Virus record (IMG/VR): IMGVR_UViG_3300011116_001007
DNA: 64,000 bases
Source of the DNA: a virus
Lineage: Duplodnaviria; Caudoviricetes
Strand: one strand, 5' to 3'
Shown here: in pieces, positions 1-9,900 of the stretch
Layout of the letters: every line of letters begins with the position of its first letter
How positions within the stretch are numbered: position 1 is the first letter of the stretch
Notes under the pieces: model-generated
Databases searched by the model: none
The model's input: only the letters and a program-made list of their open reading frames with translations
Told to the model about the DNA's origin: nothing
Made by a program: the position numbers and the translations under genes

Positions 1-226
1 GAGTAAACTGTTGTTGTTCCTGATCGTGCCAGTGATCTTCAAAGCCAAGAAACACAGTGTCAATGCCCCGACGACGCCAAAATGCTGACATCTCTGCGCC
101 ACGTGGATCTGATTCTGTATAAGTTAAATATGCAATGGTCCAAGCATGTTCAGGATGGTTGTGAATATAACTGTAGGCAAATATCACACAGTCGTCTGGA
201 TGAGCAACCAAGCAAAGTGCTTTCAT
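1..226 (-). CDS. PIG-L/LmbE-family deacetylase-like protein (partial, runs off window start)
   Basis: Own translation: MKALCLVAHPDDCVIFAYSY...; HPDD motif; ATGA overlap with the upstream ORF stop at 223. Confidence 0.65.
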   Translation of the reverse strand, partial: MKALCLVAHPDDCVIFAYSYIHNHPEHAWTIAYLTYTESDPRGAEMSAFWRRRGIDTVFLGFEDHWHDQEQQQFT

Positions 227-1071
227 AAAGTAATACCTCGCTGGCTAAGGAATGACTGATATTGTTGTTGTTGATCAGGCAACAGCCTGGACCAGGCATT
301 GCGATGTATGCTTACTGTCGAACTGTGTGACATTTCAATAAATTTTCTATCAAATGCTGCAACTTCGCTGTGACATAGATTGCACGGTTGCAGGCCAACT
401 TGATCAGTGTTGTACAACACATCCATCATGTGCTTGGATTCCAAGTATCCTGAATACAAGATGAATTCAGTCACTGAGCCTTGTTGTTGAAACCATGCAG
501 GGAATGACTGATTGGTACGGTGTTCTATATCAACAATCATGGCGCGAGTCATTTGTGTATTGAACAGAAATGGCACGCCGCCGGGACCTAATTGTGTTGT
601 CACATCAACTTCAAACAACTTGCTTACTTTGATTCTACTGGATTCAAACACTGGGTATATTTCTAACTTACCAGTACGTGGACGGCCTTGACTGTCCATG
701 ACATCAGTCAATTTTAATGATTTTACAAACAGTGTTTTGGCATCCAGTGCCATGCACCAGGTGTTGTAACTTGTGGCAGCGCCCAATATTTTGAGCACTT
801 GTTGGCTGACCCAGCCATTGTCAACCAACTCAGCAGAGAATGCTCTGCATGGCAACACAGTCACACAATGTTGGAGACTGCCCCACCAGGCAGTATCAAT
901 CTGACTGGCCACTGTGTCTGAGTCATTGACTATGACATAGATATTCTTTATTCCTATGTCTTGGCAGTAGAGATCAATGCTGTGTGCCTGGGCTTGCAGA
1001 ACTGACAGTTCTGGCTCAAATACCACTGTAACAATATCAATCATGATTGGGTCATAAAAAACGGCATACAT
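223..1071 (-). CDS. Putative glycosyltransferase-like protein (DUF6492-like)
   Basis: GWVSQQVLKI and ALDAKTLF (DxD-like) motifs; TEFILY. Confidence 0.55.
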   Translation of the reverse strand: MYAVFYDPIMIDIVTVVFEPELSVLQAQAHSIDLYCQDIGIKNIYVIVNDSDTVASQIDTAWWGSLQHCVTVLPCRAFSAELVDNGWVSQQVLKILGAATSYNTWCMALDAKTLFVKSLKLTDVMDSQGRPRTGKLEIYPVFESSRIKVSKLFEVDVTTQLGPGGVPFLFNTQMTRAMIVDIEHRTNQSFPAWFQQQGSVTEFILYSGYLESKHMMDVLYNTDQVGLQPCNLCHSEVAAFDRKFIEMSHSSTVSIHRNAWSRLLPDQQQQYQSFLSQRGITL

Positions 1072-1099
1072 TATGTATGCCGCGTGGATTGAGTGGTTT

Positions 1100-3085
1100 T
1101 TATTTTTTGCGGATGCCAGCTAAATTTTGCATGCGATTGATATCTTCGTTAAAATGCTGTGATTGCATTTTGGCCAGTTCGGCTGCAGGGACATTCTTTT
1201 GAAATGTTGTTGTGGGTGTACCATTCACATCCTGCTTGTGCATGTAATCTCCGGTGCCGGTCGCAGGATTTGTCGCTATAGTAACATCGCTGTAGTTACG
1301 GTTGGCCTGACCGTTTTTGGCTGCGGTGGTATCACGTGAGATTGTGCTTATGTTTGTGTTTAGATCTGGGCGAGTAGGCGGCGTTGCCTGTTTGTAAGAA
1401 TTGGTTGGTGCATGGTATTGCATCGTGGAGCCATCCTGCATGGGCATGGTTGCACTGCCCCATTTGAATCCGTCATCCATGGTGTCACCCGTGTCAGTTT
1501 CTTTTACTGAAGTTTTCCTTGGCTGACTGGCAGGTGTTCCGGCATTATATCCACCTTGACGATATCGATTCGCAATACCTGACAAGGTATCTCCTTTGTC
1601 AACCACAGCAAAAGTACCATTGGGCAGTTTGATTTGCTGCCCAGGATAGATACGATCAGGATTGGCTATTTTATTTGCTTGAGCTATGTCTTGCCACAAT
1701 GGTGCTGTTGTTTTTGATGCGGTTGTACCACCGGCCGCCGGTGCATTTTGTTTTGCTGCCCATGCTCTAGCACGATCTATTGTGGCTTGATCAATGCGAC
1801 CTTTACTTCCACCAGTGATTTCGCCATTATCACCGGCACCGTTGCCCATGGTCATGCTCATACGCACTGGCTGTGTTTTACCAGTGGATGATACTGCGTT
1901 GCCTGCTGGCACTGAGTTAGCTGCTGGTTCAGACTGGCGGTACGCTGGATTTATTACATATTGCCACGTAGTGCCGGCAGGCAGTCTGTTAGGATTGCTT
2001 GGGTCAGCTGCTGCACCAGATGCACCATCTCCAGCTTTTTTGCTATACTCGCCATTGACTTGCCCTGCTGGCAATATCACACTTGGCGGTGGGTATTCTG
2101 TGTTACTATTACTGCCGCCTGTGTTGGGTACTGAAAATTCTTCGCCATTGGCACCCTTATAAACGGTTGGCGCCGCAAATGGGTCTGGTAGATTGTTCAT
2201 CTTTGTTTGCCAACGGTTGATGTGGTTTCTTACGGCTGCTTCTTCTTCACTGTCCAGCGGTTTTATTTCCTGACCAGGCTTGAGGTTTTTGCCAAAGCGG
2301 TCCCAATTTTTCATGATATCCGGGCCATCATCGGTGTTGTTGGACATCGACCCAGCAACATCAGCAGGAGAAGGATAAGCATCGGCGGTTTCCATGGGCT
2401 GCATCATGTTATCATAATTGGCATTGGGGTTGGCTGTTGCTGGGCGTGTGTCTAGTCTAGGAGTTTCTTTGCCAGTTCCTGTCGCTGGCCTGCTGTCTAA
2501 GTAATTGGGTTTTTGTGTCAACGGTGTTGTGTGCATTTGGGGCGTTTCATTGCCTGTTCCTGTTGCCACTGGATGATTGATATAATCAGTTTCTGCTCGA
2601 CCTACCAGCTTTGTGAGTGCGTTGAGATTTTTTGTAAGTTCAGGATTTTGAAATGCTTTCATGCCTTTGTTAAAAGTTCCAGACACATCCACATCGCCTT
2701 TGGGATTCAAAGCCATTGAATTTTTAACTGCGGCCGGATCAGGAGCAGCCATGCCGCGTTCAGCAGCAGTTGAATACATGTTCTTGACATAATCTGTAGT
2801 GGGCATTGATCCTAGACTGCCAGGTGGCAACTCATTGGCGTCTTCCGCTAAATTCTGCTGACCATACATGTCAAGAATTTGATCAACGTAAAAACTATAA
2901 AAGCCGCGGCGGCCGTTGTATTCTCTGTCTCCCAACACTCGCTTTAGTGCCAGCACAGCGTCACTCACTGTTGGACCTTGCATCACTCGTAATGCGTCAG
3001 TGACAAGTGAGTCAACTCTTTGCGAGTTTTCTGTCACATTGCGTGCAGATCTTTTGGGGTTGGTAAAAAAATCGTTGATGATCAT
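1100..3085 (-). CDS. LysM-domain virion-associated protein
   Basis: LWQDIAQANKIANPDRIYPGQQIKLP and VDKGDTLSGIANRY LysM motifs; low-complexity linkers; C-terminal EDINRMQNLAGI; TAAATA 7 nt upstream. Confidence 0.75.
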   Translation of the reverse strand: MIINDFFTNPKRSARNVTENSQRVDSLVTDALRVMQGPTVSDAVLALKRVLGDREYNGRRGFYSFYVDQILDMYGQQNLAEDANELPPGSLGSMPTTDYVKNMYSTAAERGMAAPDPAAVKNSMALNPKGDVDVSGTFNKGMKAFQNPELTKNLNALTKLVGRAETDYINHPVATGTGNETPQMHTTPLTQKPNYLDSRPATGTGKETPRLDTRPATANPNANYDNMMQPMETADAYPSPADVAGSMSNNTDDGPDIMKNWDRFGKNLKPGQEIKPLDSEEEAAVRNHINRWQTKMNNLPDPFAAPTVYKGANGEEFSVPNTGGSNSNTEYPPPSVILPAGQVNGEYSKKAGDGASGAAADPSNPNRLPAGTTWQYVINPAYRQSEPAANSVPAGNAVSSTGKTQPVRMSMTMGNGAGDNGEITGGSKGRIDQATIDRARAWAAKQNAPAAGGTTASKTTAPLWQDIAQANKIANPDRIYPGQQIKLPNGTFAVVDKGDTLSGIANRYRQGGYNAGTPASQPRKTSVKETDTGDTMDDGFKWGSATMPMQDGSTMQYHAPTNSYKQATPPTRPDLNTNISTISRDTTAAKNGQANRNYSDVTIATNPATGTGDYMHKQDVNGTPTTTFQKNVPAAELAKMQSQHFNEDINRMQNLAGIRKK

Positions 3086-3092
3086 GATGTTT

Positions 3093-3098
3093 TATTTA
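3093..3098 (-). promoter_or_regulatory. TAAATA late-promoter motif (representative; also 4174, 5669, 6874, 11309, 12266, 13068, 14051, 20133, 21044, 24837, 28875, 28930, 33651, 43475, 48470 on minus; 24815, 28985, 29806, 43519, 63751 on plus)
   Basis: Recurring hexamer directly upstream of gene starts; resembles the T4 late consensus TATAAATA. Confidence 0.75.
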
Positions 3099-3100
3099 CC

Positions 3101-3124
3101 AAAAAAAAGAGCCTTGCGGCTCTT
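3101..3124 (-). terminator. Intrinsic terminator
   Basis: AAGAGCC-GCAA-GGCTCTT followed by a T run on the minus strand. Confidence 0.8.
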
Positions 3125-3193
3125 AGTGCTGGTTACGAGTTCCAGCAGCCTCTCAATCTTGAGGTCGGTTTAAATGGGGTTTTACCCAGACAA

Positions 3194-4126
3194 TCACTTG
3201 CCCAATAGGCCGTTAACCTTGATTTCAACAGCATCTAGACGAGCTTCAATGGCATCCAGTTCTGGGTCAGCAGATGTGGCAATTGCTTCTTCGACTTGTT
3301 GAACCACTTCGGCAGCAACTTGTTCAACACCTGTTGCAGCAGCAATAATATCAATAACTGCGTCAACCACTTGCTGTACCACTTCTGGTGCTGGCGCAGC
3401 AGCTGGTGGATAGAAAGTGTATACTTTGCCCGAAGCTGGAATAACAGCGGTACCACCTGCATCAGCCACACTAATGTGATAGATTCCATCGTGACTGTCA
3501 CCACTGGTAACAATGCCAGAAGTCACGTCTGCTTCTGGAGCAAACCAGGTGTAACCACTAGTGATCAACAGCGTATCTTCCCACTGTGCAGCACTCATGT
3601 TGCCTTGATACAACCATACTCGCTCATTGCCTGGCGCACAGATATTTTGATTTGCTACAACATGTCCTACGGACACAGGCAGCGGTGCGTCAGCAACTGC
3701 GGCTATGATAGCTTCAGTGATGGCCACTGGGTCAATAACAACTTCTGGCTGTGCGGTAACAACTGCGGCAACTGCGGCAGCAATAATGTCAGCAACTTCT
3801 GGGTGATCCACTGGATCTGCTTCCACGTGTGCTGCAACAACATCAGTCACAATGTCGGCTGCTGCTGGCACTTCTGCGCTGGGCGATAGTGCAACCACTT
3901 GTTCAACTGTGACAGGGGCAGCATCGGCTGGTGCTGCAACAATAGCTTCAATGTGGCTTTGAGTCTTTTCAGCAATCATTTGGTTGACCTGGGATTCAAC
4001 AGCAGTCAATCTCATGTCAAGTTGGTCAATGGTAGCAGGTGCTACTGTGTCAATTGTGGTGCCGGTCAGTGTGGCCAATTTGGCTTCAACTGCTTGCAGG
4101 CGTAAGGCTAGGTCTTCAAATCTCAT
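3194..4126 (-). CDS. Acidic Ala/Val/Pro-rich protein with terminal coiled coils
   Basis: Start re-assigned to MRFEDL (AAGGAG SD upstream); LQAVEAKL and IEARLDAVE heptads. Confidence 0.7.
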   Translation of the reverse strand: MRFEDLALRLQAVEAKLATLTGTTIDTVAPATIDQLDMRLTAVESQVNQMIAEKTQSHIEAIVAAPADAAPVTVEQVVALSPSAEVPAAADIVTDVVAAHVEADPVDHPEVADIIAAAVAAVVTAQPEVVIDPVAITEAIIAAVADAPLPVSVGHVVANQNICAPGNERVWLYQGNMSAAQWEDTLLITSGYTWFAPEADVTSGIVTSGDSHDGIYHISVADAGGTAVIPASGKVYTFYPPAAAPAPEVVQQVVDAVIDIIAAATGVEQVAAEVVQQVEEAIATSADPELDAIEARLDAVEIKVNGLLGK

Positions 4127-4202
4127 GGGTTGCTCCTTTGGGTTATTGGGTTTGTGCCACCATGGCACACAAGTATTTAAAGACATTACCGTTACACTAA
4201 TA

Positions 4203-4913
4203 TTACGTCCAATATTTGCTATTATCTAAACTGTCCCAGTATGTTTTATTATTGCGATTGATAAAATTCTTAACCAAGTATCGGGCCATGCCCATGTAGC
4301 CCATTTTTTTAAACCTGCGTGAATCTTGGCCAAGATGATGTCGGACAATTCTAAACTTTCTTGGACTGTACTTTCTAGACAAAAAGTAGTCTTCGCTTGT
4401 GGTCAGCTGTTCGGGAAATCCGCCATATTCTTCAAATCGATCCCTACGTGTGAGCATAAAAGCACCAACGGCAAATGGTGAGAAATATTTCAATGTGTGA
4501 TTTATAGTGTTAAAAATAGTAAACCCAAACTTTGCTCTTATGTCATTGTCATAGCACTTGATGTTCAATCCAACAAGATCAAGGTTCATTGATTCAATTT
4601 TATTGACAGCATCATGGATCACATCGTATTTAAAAAAACGAACATCAGCGTCAATGAATAAGATGTAGGGAGTAGTAACTAATCTTGCCCCATTGTTCTT
4701 GGCCACTGAAACAGGTCCTCCCTCAATGATCTCAACATTCAATTCCCAACTGTTATCACGTATAACTTGTCTGGTGTTATCCGTAGAACAATCAGCAATA
4801 ATGACTCTAGTATCACCTATGTTTTGTGAGCGTAATGAATCTAACAAATGATGAATATAATTTTCTTCATTCTTGCAAGGCACAACTATGGTAATTTTAT
4901 CACTTAATTTCAT
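4203..4913 (-). CDS. Glycosyltransferase family 2
   Basis: ITIVVPCKNEE, IIADCST, ILFIDADV, SEDYFLS motifs; start MKLSDK after AAGGAC. Confidence 0.9.
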   Translation of the reverse strand: MKLSDKITIVVPCKNEENYIHHLLDSLRSQNIGDTRVIIADCSTDNTRQVIRDNSWELNVEIIEGGPVSVAKNNGARLVTTPYILFIDADVRFFKYDVIHDAVNKIESMNLDLVGLNIKCYDNDIRAKFGFTIFNTINHTLKYFSPFAVGAFMLTRRDRFEEYGGFPEQLTTSEDYFLSRKYSPRKFRIVRHHLGQDSRRFKKMGYMGMARYLVKNFINRNNKTYWDSLDNSKYWT

Positions 4914-5664
4914 TGTCCTTCTCCCGGGTCCATGTGATGATTTCCCAACGACCGTCGTGATGTTCAACCAGTGCTGTGCATGATTCCACCCAGTCGCCGT
5001 CGTTCATGTATCGAACACCATCTATATCTTTGATCTCGGCATGGTGTATGTGGCCGCAGATAACCCCATCATATCCGCGTTTCTTACAGTAAGCGGCAAG
5101 ATTCTTTTCAAAGTGGAATATAAAATCTACTGCTTTCTTTACTCTTGCTTTGAGATATTGACTAAGACTAAAGTACCCAAAACCCATGCGATGGCGTAGC
5201 CAATTGAATTTGCTATTAACTGATAAAATGACATCATATGCTTTGTCTCCTAAAAAACTTATCCAAGGTGCCAATCTAGTTATACCGTCAAACAAGTCTC
5301 CGTGTACCACAAGATAATGTCGACCGTCTGCACCTATATGTTCCGTTTGATTGTGTATCTCAACCAGGCCAAAACTGAACCCATATGGAATCATGGGTCT
5401 TAAAAATTCGTCGTGATTACCTGCAATATAAACAACACGAGTGCCGCGTTTAGCATGACCGAGAACACGACGGACCACATTAGTGTGGCTTTGTTTCCAG
5501 CGCCATTTGTTTTGTTGGATTCTCCAGGCATCAATTATATCTCCCACAAGGTATAAAGTGTCACAGGTGTTGTGTTTGAGGAAATTGTTGAGTCGGTCTG
5601 CTTGACAATCCCTTGTGCCAAGATGCACATCGGAGATAAAGATACTGCGATATGTTTTCTCCAT
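4900..5664 (-). CDS. LpxH-like metallophosphoesterase (UDP-2,3-diacylglucosamine hydrolase family)
   Basis: ISDVHLG, LVGDIID, IAGNHDE, VHGDLFD, CGHIHHA, NDGDWVESCTAL motifs. Confidence 0.85.
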   Translation of the reverse strand: MEKTYRSIFISDVHLGTRDCQADRLNNFLKHNTCDTLYLVGDIIDAWRIQQNKWRWKQSHTNVVRRVLGHAKRGTRVVYIAGNHDEFLRPMIPYGFSFGLVEIHNQTEHIGADGRHYLVVHGDLFDGITRLAPWISFLGDKAYDVILSVNSKFNWLRHRMGFGYFSLSQYLKARVKKAVDFIFHFEKNLAAYCKKRGYDGVICGHIHHAEIKDIDGVRYMNDGDWVESCTALVEHHDGRWEIITWTREKDNEIK

Positions 5665-5705
5665 GCTGTATTTACAAAGATGATTGTTACAACAGCATTA
5701 CAGTA

Positions 5706-6365
5706 TCAATACACAGGTTGTTTGACCAGTTGATTCACAAAGCTCAGCAGCAATTGATGATGGCGCCGTTCATGCCAGTGCGGTTTCATCCAACTCCAGC
5801 CGTTGTACCAGAACTTTTCACTTTCGGGGTGACAGCCTATCAGGCCTATGCGGCCCTGCATGATGGCCATGGCATCGCCATTGGCGTATGTGGCAACAGT
5901 TTTGAATCGTTTTGGATTGCCTACCAACGCACACCCGTCATAAAAAAACATCTTTTCTTCGCGGCCGCGCCAGGTCACATCAAGTCCTTTGGCATGCGGC
6001 CGTCGAGTGTCTGTGCCGGGACGCCGGATGTATTGTGCGGCATCCACACCGTCAAGTATATCAAAGTAATGACTGCCGGCCCAGTAAGCACCCATGCAGA
6101 TGCCCAGATAGTAACCGCCTTTTTGCACGAAGTCTATCACTCGATCGCCATTGTTGCGGAACAAGCGATAGAAGCTGTCTGAGTCTCCTATGCCGCCAGG
6201 AAACGCCACGATGTCCACGTCATCAAAGAAACAATCTTCCAAGACATTTTTTCCAAACATCTTGAAGTTATACTGTGGTGACAACGCCTGCATCATACCA
6301 TTGACACTTTGCACTGAACATTTGGGATCGGCTACAAAAAGTGCTATGGTTTTGCGGACTGTCAT
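5706..6365 (-). CDS. BPL_N / class I glutamine amidotransferase-like protein
   Basis: FPGGIGDSD, YLGICMGAY (nucleophile Cys) and GCHPE (His-x-Glu). Confidence 0.75.
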   Translation of the reverse strand: MTVRKTIALFVADPKCSVQSVNGMMQALSPQYNFKMFGKNVLEDCFFDDVDIVAFPGGIGDSDSFYRLFRNNGDRVIDFVQKGGYYLGICMGAYWAGSHYFDILDGVDAAQYIRRPGTDTRRPHAKGLDVTWRGREEKMFFYDGCALVGNPKRFKTVATYANGDAMAIMQGRIGLIGCHPESEKFWYNGWSWMKPHWHERRHHQLLLSFVNQLVKQPVY

Positions 6366-6868
6366 GATAGGTCAATGATAGGAATTGGGCCGTCAAATGG
6401 CCTACTGTTTACCACAGTTTTGAGTTTGAACAACATGTTCTGGCTGCTGATACGTCGCATGCCCAAGCCCAGTTGTGTTTCGGGATCATAAGCCCATACT
6501 TGTGTGTTGGGTTCTACCTGTGCCAGCTGATCAGCAATGCCGTTTAATTTCTTTAGACTTTGATCTATGGCATGTGGATTGATACCACGTGTGCGTGTGC
6601 GATCCACAGCATGATCGTCTATTGCCACAGTCAGCTGAGGAAAGTGTAGATTGCCAATTATGGTTTCGTTGGTCTTTTTGCGCTTGCCACTTTTCATGTT
6701 GGCCATCCAGTGGGCTAGTTGTGCTGCCCTGCCCGAGTGATTTTTAGCAAATTTGCGTAAGTTGCTCACACTGGATTTAGTGGGCACATGATGGCGTTTT
6801 GAATCACCTTTGTCTTCAGGATGTCGACCATCAGCAAAGTTTTCGGTAATAAATTCTCTTGCTCGCAT
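6362..6868 (-). CDS. Hypothetical virion (head) protein
   Basis: Start re-assigned to MRAREFITENFADG, 5 nt after TAAATA. Confidence 0.65.
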   Translation of the reverse strand: MRAREFITENFADGRHPEDKGDSKRHHVPTKSSVSNLRKFAKNHSGRAAQLAHWMANMKSGKRKKTNETIIGNLHFPQLTVAIDDHAVDRTRTRGINPHAIDQSLKKLNGIADQLAQVEPNTQVWAYDPETQLGLGMRRISSQNMLFKLKTVVNSRPFDGPIPIIDLS

Positions 6869-6911
6869 ATGGGTATTTAGCGTGTGGTCAATCAGCCGAA
6901 TTAGAGCTATT

Positions 6912-9900
6912 TTACTGGGCTTGACGCACACTGTAGTCAGCAGGGTTGAGTGTTATGCCAGTGTCGTTGCTGGTTTGTTGTACCCATTGACGACCTTCTG
7001 CCCAGGCCGCAGCTTGTGTGGCAGCATCCAACGGGAACATGCTCACTCCATCACTACGTCGATACACTTCCCACTGGGGCGCGGCTGCTGGCTGCGATGT
7101 ATACTGTGCAACATCTGGCTCAATGTCTTGCACTCCAGGAATTGGAGTAGGTGTCCGACGGTTAGCAGCATGTTCTGCATCAGCGGCCATGCTGGCTGCT
7201 GCTATTGCATTATAGCGTTGACGAGCTAGATCCAAGGTGCTGCCTGGGATGGGTGCTCGACGAACACCAAACGCTGCTGTGGCCTGCTGCGAATTTAATG
7301 TATGCGGACCCATGCTTCTATATTGATTCAAGAATTCTAAAGCTGCTGCATCATTGGCCGCTTGGAATGTTTCTAAGGGGCTGCTGTCCTCTCGGTCGTA
7401 AATCTCGTAAGTGACTGTGTCTGCATCAGCGGGTACTTCAGCAGGCACAGGAACCACTTCAAACGGTCCGCGAGCAGCCATATTAAGTGGCGGTAGCCAA
7501 TGGGCTTGCACCCATGCTAGTGCTGCTGCGTTGGCATCTGCTTGCACATTTCTATTCCAGAAAGTATGCACAACATCTCCGTCGTCGGCAACAATGTTCC
7601 ATTGCACACTACCGGCTTCGGGTGCTGATGCAGGTGCTGCAAACTGCGTGGTATCCACAATCATGTAATCAGCAGCATTTGCATTTTCTCGAGCAGCCCA
7701 GGCCGACATCACAGAACGAAGTTGGGCTTGGCTATAGCCGTCCCCTAGGGTAAATCTAAACAAGTAGTCTGGTGCAGGTCCTGATGTTCCGCTGCCGTAG
7801 CTGTAGACTCGAGGATCATCACGTCGCACTATGGCCAGTTGACCGTTGGGGTCATTGGGTCTGCCACGGCCTTGGGGATGTGATGCTGTGGTACTGGCTC
7901 CTGCTGCGGGCTCATCCAGTCTGGTCACAGTCAGTGCATCATCATGAAATCTCCAGTTGGGCTGCTGTTTTATGGCCTGCTTCTTGGCATCTACAGGGTC
8001 AGCGGCAATCACTTCTACCACGCCGCCACCCAATTCAGGCTTCAATGACACTCTCCATCGATGACCATTCACAATGTCCTCACCAGACTTCTTGGCCTTG
8101 CGGTCGGCTTGTGCTTGCCGCACAAAACTCTTTAGCGCAGCAGCAGGTAGTTCGCCTGCGGCATACTTGGCAAATACAGCCAGGGGATCTTTTTCATCTT
8201 TGGGTGCCAATATCTTGTATAGTTTTTTCAGATACTCTTGTCTATACGCTTCAGGATCTAATGCAGCACTCATGGCCACTGTGAATCTCATGAGAGTGTT
8301 TTCAATCTTGTCAAAGTTGTCGTCCAACCAGTCTCCGCCGGGGCTACGAAACTCAATGTGCCCATCCTTGGTGTTGATACTGGTGTATTTTTCTGTTGAG
8401 CCCGAGTGTATGGCTTTACTAGCCAAAGCACCCATGTGCCCTTTCATCTTGTCCAACAAATATTTTGCTTCATAAGGCCGTTGACGCACATGATCACGCA
8501 CTTTGCCCATGGCACTCTTGGCGTAGGAGTTACCTGCCCGCCCAAACTGCTCTAACACATATTCGTCGCCCATCAGCAGGGCCAGCTTTACAAAATCCAG
8601 TCGATTCTGGCTGTAATTGGGCACTGAGATATTGATGTGTAGCCCAGTAGAATCATTGGTGTAGCAGCCCATGCGATTGGCCCAGGCTTTGACCTTGTTC
8701 AAGTCACTCATGATGTCATCTATAGGCAATGGTGGGCTCACAAACTCCAGGCCTGAATCTTGTGGGTCATCCGGTTCCAAACTGCCATCGGGTTCTACCA
8801 CATAGAAGTTTTTGCCCGGCGCAGGACGCTCCACACTGCTGGAATGATACCCTGAAGATGCCTTTACAGGACGACCCACCGCCCGACTGAAATCGTCTGC
8901 TATATCTTCAACGCTGGTGCCACCAGCAAGACTGCTGGTATAGTGTGGCCAATGTATAATTCCATTATAACGATGATAGATATCACTCATGTGGCCCAGG
9001 CCAGAGTCACCCAACCATTCTTCAAAATTGTCATTTTCGTAGAACTCATCGCGGGACTGTTCCAATGCATCATCATAGAAAGGTTGTAGTTGTTCAGTAA
9101 CAATCATGTCCGCAGCCAGTTGATATTCTTTTTTACCAAGCTCGTCCTCTGATTCTAGATCCAACAACTCTCTGATGCTATCTTCGTCAACATTTTCTCG
9201 GATGTAATCGTAGATGAATGTTTTAGCATCTGAATCCCAGCGAGTATCAAACTGTTCCACTTGCCAGTCGCCGTAATCATCCAGCATGCGATCAACCAAC
9301 TCCTGGGCATTTCTGCGACCGTTGTAGTCACCATCATAGAAAAAATCTTGAATATCTCTAGGGCTGCTGGCACGTTCATCAGAATCAAAGTCGGGTTCTA
9401 GTTCATCATCTTCGGATGAAGTGTTGGGCACAATCATTTCAAATTCCATACCAGCCAGGGCACCTGTCTTGGCTGCTTCTCGACGCAGATTCTTGCCACC
9501 CATGTTGATTTCAAACAGATCCTGATCTTCAAACAATCTCAATTCTTGTCGCAGGCTTGCTACCAATTTATTTTCAGCCACATTGTAGGTAGGGTCAGTT
9601 TTTTGACGCTTCATGCCTTTGGGCTGGTTAGGATCAACAGGATCAATGTCAGTGGTTGATAACCCTAATTTTTCTAACTTATTGATGTACTTGTGTTCAG
9701 TATCTTCGTCACCAAAGCTCACAATAGTGCTGGGTGGCCCTTTGCCAAATTCGCTGGGATCAGCACGATCCAGATTGGCAATGTGCTTGCCCAACTTGTA
9801 CCAGTCATACACGTCACTCACATCTACTCGTACTGTGCCTTTGGGCATGGTGGGTTTGAATTCAGGCCCCAATGGCTCATTGAGGTCACGATACTTGCCC

